Source: a candidate division WWE3 bacterium (GTDB taxonomy: Bacteria; Patescibacteriota; WWE3; UBA101185; UBA10185). From it: a stretch of 64,000 nt of DNA. The stretch is taken from positions 455,599 through 519,598 of the forward strand of contig WJKK01000001.1 in NCBI GenBank assembly GCA_014729135.1, written 5' to 3'. Numbering within the stretch: position 1 is the stretch's first letter; every line of letters begins with the position of its first letter. Of this stretch, positions 46,790 to 56,018 are shown one piece after another. The position numbers and the translations under genes are program-made. Below the pieces are notes generated by a model that worked only from the letters and a program-made list of their open reading frames with translations, was not told the origin of the DNA and ran no database searches.

Positions 46790-48211
46790 ATGAAGGTACC
46801 GCAGCACATTTTTAGAAAATATGACATTCGCGGTTTATATCCTGAAGATATTAATAAGGATAATGCCTATTTGATTGGCTTGGCTATTGGTTCCATTTTT
46901 AAGGCGAGGGGTTATGCCTCTTGTGCTTTGGGGTGGGACAATAGAGATAGTTCTGAGGCCCTTCGTGATTCTGTTTCTTTTGGGCTTTCTGATATGGGAA
47001 TAAACGTGAAGCAGTTGGGGATAGTGCCTACTCCGCTTGTGTATTTTATGACTTGTGAGGATGACGTTGATTGTGGTGTGCAAATTACGGCAAGCCATAA
47101 TCCGAAGCAATTTAATGGGGTTAAGTCTGTGCACAATGATGCCTATAAGTTTGCACCTGAGGAGACTCAAGAGATTTATAAGCGTGTTTTGGAGTTTAAA
47201 GAGCAGGGGATTTCTTTGGAGGATCGGTTTGAAGATGCTTCTGCCACTGCGTCTGGTGAAATTTCGGATTTTTCCGATGCCGTAAGTCGTTATGTTAGTT
47301 ATTTTGTGAATCATTTTGAATTTGACCGTCCTTTAAAAGTAGTTTTAGGTTGCGGGCATGGCTCTTGTAGTGAAATTGCTCCTTTAATTTTTGAGAGTTT
47401 GGGTTGCGAAGTGATTTCAGAGGATTGTTTCTTGGATTCCGATTTTCCCAATGGAATGGCTAATCCGGAGGATCCTGCTTTTATGGAGCGTTTATCGTCT
47501 TTGGTAACAAAACACGACGCAGATCTAGGCATCGGTTTTGATAGTGATGGTGATAGAGTTGGCTTTATTGATGAGAAAGGGAGGCCTGTTCCTATGGCGG
47601 AAGTTTTGGCGCTTTTTACGCAGGAGGTTATGGAAGTTTATCCGGGGGAGGATGTAATTTATGATGTTAAGTTTAGTCCTTTAGTAGGAGATGTAATTGA
47701 GTCTTTGGGAGGTAATCCTATTCAGGTGGCTACGGGGCATCCTAATATTGACCCGCGTATCAAAGGGGGAGCAGCTTTGGGGGCGGAGTTTTCAGCACAC
47801 ATTTATTTTGGGCATGTTTATAGGAATCACGATGATGGGATTTATGCAGCTGCGCGCCTTTTGAAGGTTTTAGACGCGCGCAGTAAGCCTCTTTCTAGTT
47901 TGGTGGGGTTTTTACCGGAACGTTCTTCTTCTCCCGAGTACAAGATTCCCTGTCCCGAAGAGGATAAATGGCGGGTGATTGACTCCTTGGTTGACACGGT
48001 AAAAAAGGATTTTTCAGATGTTCTTACTTTGGATGGTGTAAAAGCTCGATTAACAAAGGGTGCTTGGTTTTTAATTCGTGCTTCCAATACATCGCCTTAT
48101 TTAAGTGTTCGCATGGAGGGTTCTTCACCGGAAGAGCTTGAAATGGTGAAGTCTAATGTTTTGCAAATTTTACGGAAGCATCCTGTGTTGGATTTAACTT
48201 CTTTGGTCTAG
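46790..48211 (+). CDS. phosphomannomutase/phosphoglucomutase
   Basis: FRKYDIRG, TASHNP, DSDGDR and RASNT. Confidence 0.95.
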   Translation: MKVPQHIFRKYDIRGLYPEDINKDNAYLIGLAIGSIFKARGYASCALGWDNRDSSEALRDSVSFGLSDMGINVKQLGIVPTPLVYFMTCEDDVDCGVQITASHNPKQFNGVKSVHNDAYKFAPEETQEIYKRVLEFKEQGISLEDRFEDASATASGEISDFSDAVSRYVSYFVNHFEFDRPLKVVLGCGHGSCSEIAPLIFESLGCEVISEDCFLDSDFPNGMANPEDPAFMERLSSLVTKHDADLGIGFDSDGDRVGFIDEKGRPVPMAEVLALFTQEVMEVYPGEDVIYDVKFSPLVGDVIESLGGNPIQVATGHPNIDPRIKGGAALGAEFSAHIYFGHVYRNHDDGIYAAARLLKVLDARSKPLSSLVGFLPERSSSPEYKIPCPEEDKWRVIDSLVDTVKKDFSDVLTLDGVKARLTKGAWFLIRASNTSPYLSVRMEGSSPEELEMVKSNVLQILRKHPVLDLTSLV

Positions 48212-48225
48212 GGGGATCTTCTTTC

Positions 48226-48302
48226 TAAGGTGACAAACCCCTTTTCGTTTCCACGACTTCGCTTCGCTCCGAAATGTCACCGAAAAGGGGCCCATCACCT
48301 TA
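48226..48302 (-). repeat. nested-hairpin element E4 (GCGAAGC subfamily)
   Basis: On the minus strand a 22-bp uninterrupted stem TAAGGTGATGGGCCCCTTTTCG/CGAAAAGGGGTTTGTCACCTTA with four consecutive G.T pairs, around GTGACATTTCGGAGCGAAGCGAAGTCGTGGAAA. Confidence 0.85.
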
Positions 48303-48357
48303 TACGTATTTTCCAAATCATTGCAGGAAAAACCCACCTTGTATATACTTTAGTTAT

Positions 48358-50628
48358 ATGAATAAATCCACTGCCCACATTCTCAAATTTTCCGATATTA
48401 GAAAAGCCGACCTTCCCTATGTTGGAGGTAAAGGGGCAAACCTTGGTGAGATGTTTGCTGCAGGCATTCCCGTTCCTGATGGTTTTGTAGTTACAGCAAA
48501 AGCTTATTTTGATTTTCTGGATACCACTTCTCTTAGACAAAAGATTCTCACAGAACTATCCGGTTTAAATACAGATGACTCTAATGCTCTATCTCAGGCG
48601 TCTAAAAATATAAAAACTGCAATTTTAGCAGCAAAAATGCCTGATTCTCTAAAAGAAGAAATCCGCAAAGCCTATCATCATCTTTCAGGAGATCACAATG
48701 CTTTGGTAGCTGTTAGATCCTCCGCTACGGCTGAAGACCTTCCGGATGCCTCGTTTGCAGGTCAACAGGAGACCTATCTAAATATTGAAGGAACTGAGGA
48801 TGTTGTTGAACATGTGCAAAAATGTTGGGCATCCCTTTTTGAGGCTCGGGCAATTTTTTACCGTACGGAAAATGGATTTGATCATCTTAAGGTTGGCATA
48901 GCAGTTCCGGTGCAGCTAATGGTTCAGTCGGAAGTTTCCGGAATTATGTTTACGGTTAATCCGCTGACTAACAATCGTGACGAGGTCTCTGTGGAGGCTG
49001 CTTTTGGGTTAGGTCAGCCCATTGTTTCCGGAGAGGTCACGCCGGATCAATTCATAGTTGACAAAGAATCCGGTGAAATAAAGTCAAAACATCTCTCCTT
49101 GCAGAAGTGGCAGCTGACTCAAGCCGGTAAAACTCCTATAGCAAAGGCACATCAAAAGGTTCAGAAGCTGGATGATTCTCATGTGAAGGAGCTTGCTCAA
49201 CTGGGTGTGAAAATTGAAGATCATTATGGGCGTCCTCAGGATATCGAGTGGGCTATGGAGGGTGGAGAGCTTTTAATAGTGCAGTCGCGTCCGGTTACAA
49301 CTTTGAAGCGCAAAAAAGAGGAGGAGGTTACAGTAGTAAATCCTGATGAAGCTGCAAAGTTTATTCTGGAGGGTTTGGGGGCTTCTCCGGGAGTAGCTTC
49401 AGGCCCGGTTAAAGTGATAAAGGATGCTTCCGAAATTTCCAAAGTTAAAAAAGGTGATGTTTTGGTTGCGGTTATGACTAATCCGGATTTTGTGCCGGCA
49501 ATGCGTAGAGCCTGTGCAATTTTAACGGATGAGGGTGGGCGAACTTCTCATGCTGCTATTGTTAGTCGCGAGCTTGGAATTCCCGCTATAGTTGGCTCTC
49601 AACAGGCTACTTCTATGCTAAGTCCCGGTGAGGTTATAACGGTGGATGGCTCCAATGGGAAGGTTTATTCAGATGATGTTACCAAAGTAGAAAAGGTGGA
49701 AGTTGAGGATATTGATTATGAAAGTCTAAAGACGGCTACAAAGATTTATATGAACTTGGCAGAGCCTGATTTGGCTGCGGAAATGGCTGAAAAAAATGTG
49801 GATGGTGTGGGGCTTTTGCGCGCGGAGTTTATGATTGCTCAAATTGGGAAGCATCCACGAAAGTTTATTAAGGAGGGTAAGCAGCAGGAGTTTATTGATG
49901 CATTAACGGAGGGTCTTACTCGATTTGCCGAAGCTTTTGATCCTCGTCCTGTGGTCTACAGATTTACGGACTTTCGAACTAATGAATATGCTAATTTGGA
50001 GGGCGGTCAGGAGTTTGAAAAAGATGAGCCTAATCCAATGATTGGCTTTAGAGGAGTTAGCCGTTACATAGAAGATGACGATGTTTTTGAGTTGGAACTT
50101 GAGGCAATTAAGAAGGTTCGCAATAAGTTGGGGCATAAGAATTTGCATGTGATGTACCCTTTTGTACGTACAGTGGATCAGCTTAAAGAAGTTAAAAAGA
50201 TTACAGCTGCTTCCGGTTTACAGCGAGGTCCCTCTTTTAAGGTCTGGATGATGGTGGAGATTCCCTCTAACGTAATTTTGCTGGATGACTTCATTGACGT
50301 GGGAATTGATGGCGTTTCTGTTGGTACCAATGATTTGACGATGCTTACTTTGGGAGTTGATAGGGATAATGAGCGTGTTGCTAACGTTTATAGCGAGATG
50401 AATCCGGCGGTTTTGCAGAGTTTGGAAAAAATTGTTAAGACTTGTAGAAAACGTAAAGTTACATGTTCGATTTGTGGTCAGGCGCCCTCTGTTTATCCTG
50501 AATTGGTTAAGATGTTGGCGGATTGGGGAATTACTTCCATTTCGGTGAGTCCCGATGTTTTAAACAAAACACGAAAGATTGTTTATGATGCTGAACATGA
50601 GGTTTTAAAGAAGGCGGGTAAGAAGTAG
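48358..50628 (+). CDS. ppsA: phosphoenolpyruvate synthase
   Basis: VGGKGANLGE, SFAGQQET, GGRTSHAAIVSRE and SICGQAPS. Start moved to 48358 after TATACT; the ORF-track N-terminus reads through element E4. Confidence 0.96.
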   Translation: MNKSTAHILKFSDIRKADLPYVGGKGANLGEMFAAGIPVPDGFVVTAKAYFDFLDTTSLRQKILTELSGLNTDDSNALSQASKNIKTAILAAKMPDSLKEEIRKAYHHLSGDHNALVAVRSSATAEDLPDASFAGQQETYLNIEGTEDVVEHVQKCWASLFEARAIFYRTENGFDHLKVGIAVPVQLMVQSEVSGIMFTVNPLTNNRDEVSVEAAFGLGQPIVSGEVTPDQFIVDKESGEIKSKHLSLQKWQLTQAGKTPIAKAHQKVQKLDDSHVKELAQLGVKIEDHYGRPQDIEWAMEGGELLIVQSRPVTTLKRKKEEEVTVVNPDEAAKFILEGLGASPGVASGPVKVIKDASEISKVKKGDVLVAVMTNPDFVPAMRRACAILTDEGGRTSHAAIVSRELGIPAIVGSQQATSMLSPGEVITVDGSNGKVYSDDVTKVEKVEVEDIDYESLKTATKIYMNLAEPDLAAEMAEKNVDGVGLLRAEFMIAQIGKHPRKFIKEGKQQEFIDALTEGLTRFAEAFDPRPVVYRFTDFRTNEYANLEGGQEFEKDEPNPMIGFRGVSRYIEDDDVFELELEAIKKVRNKLGHKNLHVMYPFVRTVDQLKEVKKITAASGLQRGPSFKVWMMVEIPSNVILLDDFIDVGIDGVSVGTNDLTMLTLGVDRDNERVANVYSEMNPAVLQSLEKIVKTCRKRKVTCSICGQAPSVYPELVKMLADWGITSISVSPDVLNKTRKIVYDAEHEVLKKAGKK

Positions 50629-50676
50629 TGGTTTTTGGCGGAGTTTCAGAAGCCTTTAACTTTAGCAACAGATTTT

Positions 50677-51939
50677 ATGAGTTTAATTAAGTCAATTACT
50701 GCCTATAAAGTTTTAAATTCCCGTAGTGACTGGACGGTTAGGGCGCAGGTGACTCTAGAGGATGGTACGGTTGCAAGTCAGACGGTTCCTGAAGGTGCTT
50801 CTAAAGGGGAAAATGAGTCTATTTCGGTTCCTATTGATGAGGCAATTAGAAATATTCGCATTGACATAGCGCCTGCTCTTGTAGGCAAGTCTCCTTTTAA
50901 TCAGCGTGATATTGACGAAACCATGATTAAGCTGGATGGTACTGATAATGACTCTAATTTAGGTGGGAATGCGGTTTTGGCGGTTTCTTTAGCTGTTGCT
51001 AAGGTGGCTGCTAAGTCTCAAGGGAAGGAGCTTTATACGTATTTGCGGGATTTGTATTTGGAAGGTAATGATAGTGCTGATTCCGGCGAGGCTCCTAAGG
51101 GCTCGGACTTTAAGTTTCCAACTCCGGTTTTTAACATTTTAAATGGTGGAAAGCATGCGCAAAATGGGCTTCCCTTTCAGGAGTTTATGGTTATTCCTGC
51201 TATGAATTTATCTTACGAGAAAAAGTTGGAGGTTGGTGTTGCTTGTTACAAGACTTTAAAGGAGCATCTTCATTCGGAGGATCTTTCCATTGGTGTTGGT
51301 GATGAGGGTGGTTTTGCTCCTGTAGGTTTGTCGGTTAAGGAGGCTTTGGATAAGCTGGTTTCTGCTGTTAAGGAGGCAAATTTTACTTTAGGCAAGGATG
51401 TTTTTTTGGGAACGGATGTGGCAGCGGGCAGTTTTTATGATCAGGAGCGTAGTTTGTACATTTTTGAGGATGCCGGTATGGAGCTTACTACTGATGAGTT
51501 TTTTGACTTTTATGAAGGCCTTTTAAAGGATTATCCTTTGATTTACGTGGAGGATCCCTTATTTGAAGCTGATTTTGCTGCTTGGCATAAGTTTTTTGGT
51601 CGCTTTAAGGAGAAAACCATGGTAGTTGGGGATGATTTGGTTGTAACTAATGCTAAGATTTTGGAAAAGGCTCTGCAGGAAAAGACTATTAATGCGGTTA
51701 TTGTGAAGCCTAATCAGGTGGGCAGTTTAACGGAGACTTTTGATTTTGTTCGTTTAGCACAGGAAAATGGTTTGGTGGTTACGGTTTCTCACCGGAGTGG
51801 TGATACAGCAGAGGATACCTTTGTTTCGGATTTAGCGCTGGCTGTGGGAGCTGACTTTGTTAAGTTTGGTGCTACAGCACGTGGAGAGCGTGTTGTTAAG
51901 TACAACCGAATTCTGGAAATCTACCACCAAAAAACTTAG
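50677..51939 (+). CDS. eno: enolase
   Basis: LNGGKHA, QEFM, VGDEGGFAP, VGDDL, KPNQVG and SHRSG. Confidence 0.95.
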   Translation: MSLIKSITAYKVLNSRSDWTVRAQVTLEDGTVASQTVPEGASKGENESISVPIDEAIRNIRIDIAPALVGKSPFNQRDIDETMIKLDGTDNDSNLGGNAVLAVSLAVAKVAAKSQGKELYTYLRDLYLEGNDSADSGEAPKGSDFKFPTPVFNILNGGKHAQNGLPFQEFMVIPAMNLSYEKKLEVGVACYKTLKEHLHSEDLSIGVGDEGGFAPVGLSVKEALDKLVSAVKEANFTLGKDVFLGTDVAAGSFYDQERSLYIFEDAGMELTTDEFFDFYEGLLKDYPLIYVEDPLFEADFAAWHKFFGRFKEKTMVVGDDLVVTNAKILEKALQEKTINAVIVKPNQVGSLTETFDFVRLAQENGLVVTVSHRSGDTAEDTFVSDLALAVGADFVKFGATARGERVVKYNRILEIYHQKT

Positions 51940-52055
51940 ATCTCAATTACGACTATTGCTGTTTATCTGGATATATTTTTTATGACTTGCATAAACTTAT
52001 CTTGGATTTTAGTATTGGTGTATATCAAATTATTTAGTAAAGGAAAGGGCAAATC

Positions 52056-52187
52056 ATGTTGAAGGATCCTAGAAATACAAATTTAGCTAAGGTGTTAGTT
52101 GAGCATTCCCTAGAGGTTGGTAAAGGTGATAATGTAGTTATTTCTACTTCCGATCTTTCCACCGGGTTGTTGGGTATTAAAGTATGA
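52056..52187 (+). pseudogene. 5' fragment of an M29 (AmpS/aminopeptidase T-like) aminopeptidase
   Basis: MLKDPRNTNLAKVLVEHSLEVGKGDNVVI matches the M29 N-terminal pattern. SD-like AAGGA upstream. Stops after 43 codons. Confidence 0.65.
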
Positions 52188-53166
52188 TTCTGATGATTTT
52201 GGGGACAAAATTTTTGTACGAAGTAATGGGACTAAGGTTTATACTGCAAAAGATACCGCTTATCATCTTTGGAAGTTTGGCCTTTTGGGTAAGGACTTTT
52301 TATATAAATTATGGGATTCTGAATCCTTGACTCAGCCGACTTATCGGACTTCCCTGGAAGGTAAATCTTTCGATTCCTTCGGTAGTGCGGATATCATTGT
52401 TAACTTGATCGATGAACGTCAAACATATCCTCAAGAGATGGTTAAGCATGCCCTACATAGTTTGGGTTATGCAGAAGAGGCTGCGGAATATAATCACATA
52501 GCGTATGGAGTTGTTTCACTTTCAAAGGATACCGCGGAAGCTCTCGGAGTGGAAGTTTCGGATGACAAAGAAGTTTATGCTATGTCCGGTCGTAAGGGAA
52601 TCGGAGTAAAGGTTACCGATTTACTTGATTTATTGTGTAAGGAAATTTCGCAAATCCAGAGGAAATCCGGAGTTGATTTAACAGATCCAGATCTTGCCTC
52701 CTCTCAAGAGATAGCATTGGCAGCTATAAAGCACTATATGCTAAAAAATAATCCCTACACACCTATCTTGTTTGATTACAAGCAGGCGCTGAAATTAGTG
52801 GGGAATACAGGTCCTTACCTTCAGTATTCTCATGCACGTGCTTGCAGTATCTTAAAGAAATTTGAGCCCTTTGACACTAGTTGTACTAAGGGAGCGGAAC
52901 TTGCCTCAACTGAAGAGGCATTGTTAAAAGATTTGGAAAGTTGGCCTTTTATAGTAGGTCGTGTCTTGGAGGACTTCAACTTAGCCATTTTGTCGGAGTA
53001 TGCCTTTACTTTAGCGCAATCTTTCCACACGTTTTATGAGCATAACAATGTCTCTCAGTCAGAAGGTTCTGTTAAAAATTTTCGTCTAACCTTGATTCTG
53101 GCTTTTACTAAAGTTATGCAAGAGGTTTTGCAGGTTATGGGTATTTCTGCTCCTAAAAGGATGTAG
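52162..53166 (+). pseudogene. argS: arginine-tRNA ligase, C-terminal part only (no start, no HIGH motif)
   Basis: Frame is open upstream of the ORF-track start: GCWVLK..DKIFVRSNGT..YTAKDTAYHLWKFG. MSGRKG, GNTGPYLQYSHARACSIL and the DALR end APKRM are present. Confidence 0.85.
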
Positions 53167-53170
53167 TTTC

Positions 53171-54550
53171 TTACTCAATCACATAAGCAGCATAGTCTTG
53201 GCCTAGTTGAGTTTCTATAGTTGCAGTTTCCTCATCGCTTAATTCTTCAAAGTACTTTCTAAAACATCGAATAGAGTTTCCATGACAAGAAACTGCTACA
53301 TTAATCTGTTTTTCCTTCATTTCCTTAACGAGATCCTCTGCAAAAGCGCTAACACGTTTATAAACCATGCCAATGCTTTCTCCATGTGGGGGCTGTCCAT
53401 GATAAGTCCTTCTAATACGATGCAAAAACTCCGGATCCTTTTTATGCCACTCTAACTTACTTTGTCCCTGTAAATCACCATAGGAGCGCTCTTTAATACG
53501 TTCATCCTTTTCAATTTTTAAGTTCTTAGCGCTTTCATTTTTAGACATTGCAATTTTCATAGTTTGGAGTGCTCGCTTTTGCGGGGAAGATATTAGCTTA
53601 TCTATTTTTTTATCCTTTAACTTTTCTGCCAAAACTTCCGCCTGCTCTTCTCCTCTTTCTGTTATTGGAGCTGTTCTCCATCCGCTAAAGACGTATTTTT
53701 TATTGTCTACACTTTCACCATGCCTAAAAATATACAAAGTAGGTTTCTCATTGGATTCCTCTTTAGGCAGTTCATCTACCTCACGATACTCTAAACGAGC
53801 TTCTACTTCTGCTAATTCTTCCTTTGTTATTTCAGGAACCGGCTTATTCTTTAACTCTTTGTACTTTGCTAAAATCTCCGGATGATCTTTTTCATTTGGA
53901 ACTTCTTTCAACAGAGTTCCCTTCTCGCGCTTTCTATAAAAGTAGTAAAACCCTACGGCTAGGGCAGCTAAAAACAGTATTTCCATAATAGTAGAAGCAC
54001 TCTCAATCCCCTCAGATAACTGCTCGGAAGCAGCTAATCCCGTAAAGCCTAAATAAAGGAAAAACAAGTTTCTAACAATGCTTCCTAAAAAAGTTCCAAC
54101 AGCAAAAACTTTATAGTTTAATTTAATTAATCCGCAAACCACCGAAATAGGGGAGCTTGGCATAACAGGGATGCTTCTTAAAATTGTAAGAGTGGTGTAG
54201 TCTCTGGTGGTACCTTCAAAGCGGGAGCCAATTTTTTCTACATGTTTATGAGAGATTCCTAAGAACTTGCCAAATTTGCCAACGACTAAGTCTTCTCCCA
54301 AGTCAGCTAAAAAGTATAAAACGCTTGCACCTATGACTCTTCCAAAAGCGCCAAAAACTGCTACTACTCCTAAATACCAAAGAGCCTTTTGCTGCGCCTG
54401 CGCTATGCTTCCTGTGGCGGTCATTACAAAGGGGGAGGGGATTGGTGCAATAATCTCCTCGACAATTGTTCCTAGGACGCTAAAAAGTTCTAAGGGAATT
54501 GATCTTGCTAATGTTTCCAGATATGTGGTTATTTCAGTTATGAAATGCAT
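53171..54550 (-). CDS. DedA/VTT membrane domain fused to a dPGM-type histidine phosphatase (GpmA-like)
   Basis: N-terminal EEIIAPIPS, LRSIPV and GTFLGSIVR. C-terminal FRHGES..N...FSGW, ERSYGDLQG, PPHGES and HGNSIR. Confidence 0.88.
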   Translation of the reverse strand: MHFITEITTYLETLARSIPLELFSVLGTIVEEIIAPIPSPFVMTATGSIAQAQQKALWYLGVVAVFGAFGRVIGASVLYFLADLGEDLVVGKFGKFLGISHKHVEKIGSRFEGTTRDYTTLTILRSIPVMPSSPISVVCGLIKLNYKVFAVGTFLGSIVRNLFFLYLGFTGLAASEQLSEGIESASTIMEILFLAALAVGFYYFYRKREKGTLLKEVPNEKDHPEILAKYKELKNKPVPEITKEELAEVEARLEYREVDELPKEESNEKPTLYIFRHGESVDNKKYVFSGWRTAPITERGEEQAEVLAEKLKDKKIDKLISSPQKRALQTMKIAMSKNESAKNLKIEKDERIKERSYGDLQGQSKLEWHKKDPEFLHRIRRTYHGQPPHGESIGMVYKRVSAFAEDLVKEMKEKQINVAVSCHGNSIRCFRKYFEELSDEETATIETQLGQDYAAYVIE

Positions 54551-54601
54551 GTAATTAGCTTACATGAGGTTTTATGCAAAGCCAAGTTATTTCCGATCTT
54601 G

Positions 54602-55234
54602 TTATTTAGCGTATTTTCTTACAACTCCTGTGACCTTACCCTGAATTTGCAAGTCTTTAGCGTCAACAAAAATAGGATCCATCTTTGAATTTGCCGGTTG
54701 CAATCTAATTTGACCCTTACCTTCATTATAGTAGCTTTTAAGTGTTGCAAATCCGTTGTCAATAAGTGCCACAACAATATCTCCATCTTTTGCTGTGTTT
54801 TGCTGCTGAATAACAACGTAATCTCCATCAAAGATTCCCTGATCAATCATAGAATCTCCCTTTACTTGCAAAACATAACATCTTCGATTTTTAGAAACCA
54901 AATCAGCTGAAACCATTACAGTTTCCAGCGAGTTTTCAATAGCCTCAATTGGTTCTCCTGCGGCAATATAACCAACCAAAGGAAGTTCTATACCCTGTAA
55001 AGAAGTGTCAATAAGCTCCGTAATGATTTCAATTCCTCTAACTGCTCCATCGTAGCGCTTAATAAAACCTTTCTTTTCTAAAGCACTTAAATGTTCATGC
55101 ACTGTTGCTAGTGAGGAAAGCCCCATGGCATCAGCAATTTCTTGTAAAGTGGGAGAAGTATTATTCTTTTGAATAAACTGGGAAACGAAATTTAGTACTT
55201 GTTTTTGCCTTTTGTAAAGAGTTACGGGACTCAT
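54602..55234 (-). CDS. lexA: SOS repressor LexA
   Basis: PTLQEIA HTH, AAG cleavage site, GDSM serine and ATLK lysine. SD AAGGAGG. Confidence 0.97.
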   Translation of the reverse strand: MSPVTLYKRQKQVLNFVSQFIQKNNTSPTLQEIADAMGLSSLATVHEHLSALEKKGFIKRYDGAVRGIEIITELIDTSLQGIELPLVGYIAAGEPIEAIENSLETVMVSADLVSKNRRCYVLQVKGDSMIDQGIFDGDYVVIQQQNTAKDGDIVVALIDNGFATLKSYYNEGKGQIRLQPANSKMDPIFVDAKDLQIQGKVTGVVRKYAK

Positions 55235-55313
55235 TAGACCTCCTTTGTTAAATTGTTAAGTAATTCCCAAACTCATTTGTGACTTTGGGTTTTGTTTGTG
55301 TAAATTTAGTGTA

Positions 55314-55329
55314 CCGAAAATTTTACGAA
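55314..55329. promoter_or_regulatory. candidate LexA operator (spaced direct repeat) at the lexA promoter
   Basis: CCGAA-aatttt-ACGAA abuts the minus-strand -10 TACACT. A similar site lies at uvrA. Confidence 0.5.
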
Positions 55330-55333
55330 GGTG

Positions 55334-55903
55334 TCAAGAGTTTTGTTTTTTTAGGACATTTTCAAAGCTTATATTCAGATGTCGTTGTATAAAACGGATG
55401 TCCTCGGTATTGGTTGTTATTTGTCTGTGATTTGCAAAGTAGACTCTGGTTAAGTCTTTAATATCGTCCCTTATTCTTCTTTCTGTGGATTCGATCAGGG
55501 TTCTTAATGTTTTGTGATCTTGGAAGCGCTCGTCACTTGTTTTATAGTCAATCTCTTTAATTTCCTCCTTAAGATTTTTCTCCATGTTTTTCAGGTCATT
55601 TTCTACTTGTTTTAATTTATTTGCCAGCTTAGTCTGTTTTCCTTTAACTGACTTTAGGTCTGTTTTGACGCCTTTGATATCCGTTTTTAGGTCTGTTTTA
55701 ACGCCTATGATGTCCTCTTTTAAGTTTGCTTTAACGGCTTTGATATCCTCTTTCAGGTTTGTTTTAACACCTATGATATCCTCTTTTAGATCTGTTCTAA
55801 CGCTTTTGATATCCTCTTTTAACTCTTTTCTCAGAGCGTCAATCTTTGTGTTCAACTTAGTATCCAAGTCATTTATAAGGTTTGCTATTTCTTCAATTTG
55901 CAT
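55334..55903 (-). CDS. coiled-coil protein with 11-aa repeats (DUF1640/Bdr-like)
   Basis: LKEDIxxVKTD repeats. Start moved to 55903 after TGgTAAATT. Confidence 0.75.
   Translation of the reverse strand: MQIEEIANLINDLDTKLNTKIDALRKELKEDIKSVRTDLKEDIIGVKTNLKEDIKAVKANLKEDIIGVKTDLKTDIKGVKTDLKSVKGKQTKLANKLKQVENDLKNMEKNLKEEIKEIDYKTSDERFQDHKTLRTLIESTERRIRDDIKDLTRVYFANHRQITTNTEDIRFIQRHLNISFENVLKKQNS
55658..55822 (-). repeat. five imperfect 33-bp tandem coding repeats
   Basis: LKEDIKSVRTD / LKEDIIGVKTN / LKEDIKAVKAN / LKEDIIGVKTD / LKTDIKGVKTD. Confidence 0.9.
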
Positions 55904-56018
55904 TACTTTAAATTTACCAAAACCCCCTAAACATGTCAATAGGAATTGTATTGTTTTAACAACAGCAATAAATCACATTAACAAATAAAACCCGAAAATA
56001 ATGTGCTAAAATCTGCAT

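Noticed and set aside
1446-48302. Hairpin elements as integron attC sites, CRISPR repeats, tRNAs or IS ends
   Set aside because: No consistent RYYYAAC/GTTRRRY ends, no regular spacing, no cloverleaf, and no integrase, cas or transposase gene in the window.
48274-48357. ORF-track N-terminal extension of ppsA
   Set aside because: Reads through element E4 and the -10 box; ATG 48358 fits the leaderless pattern.
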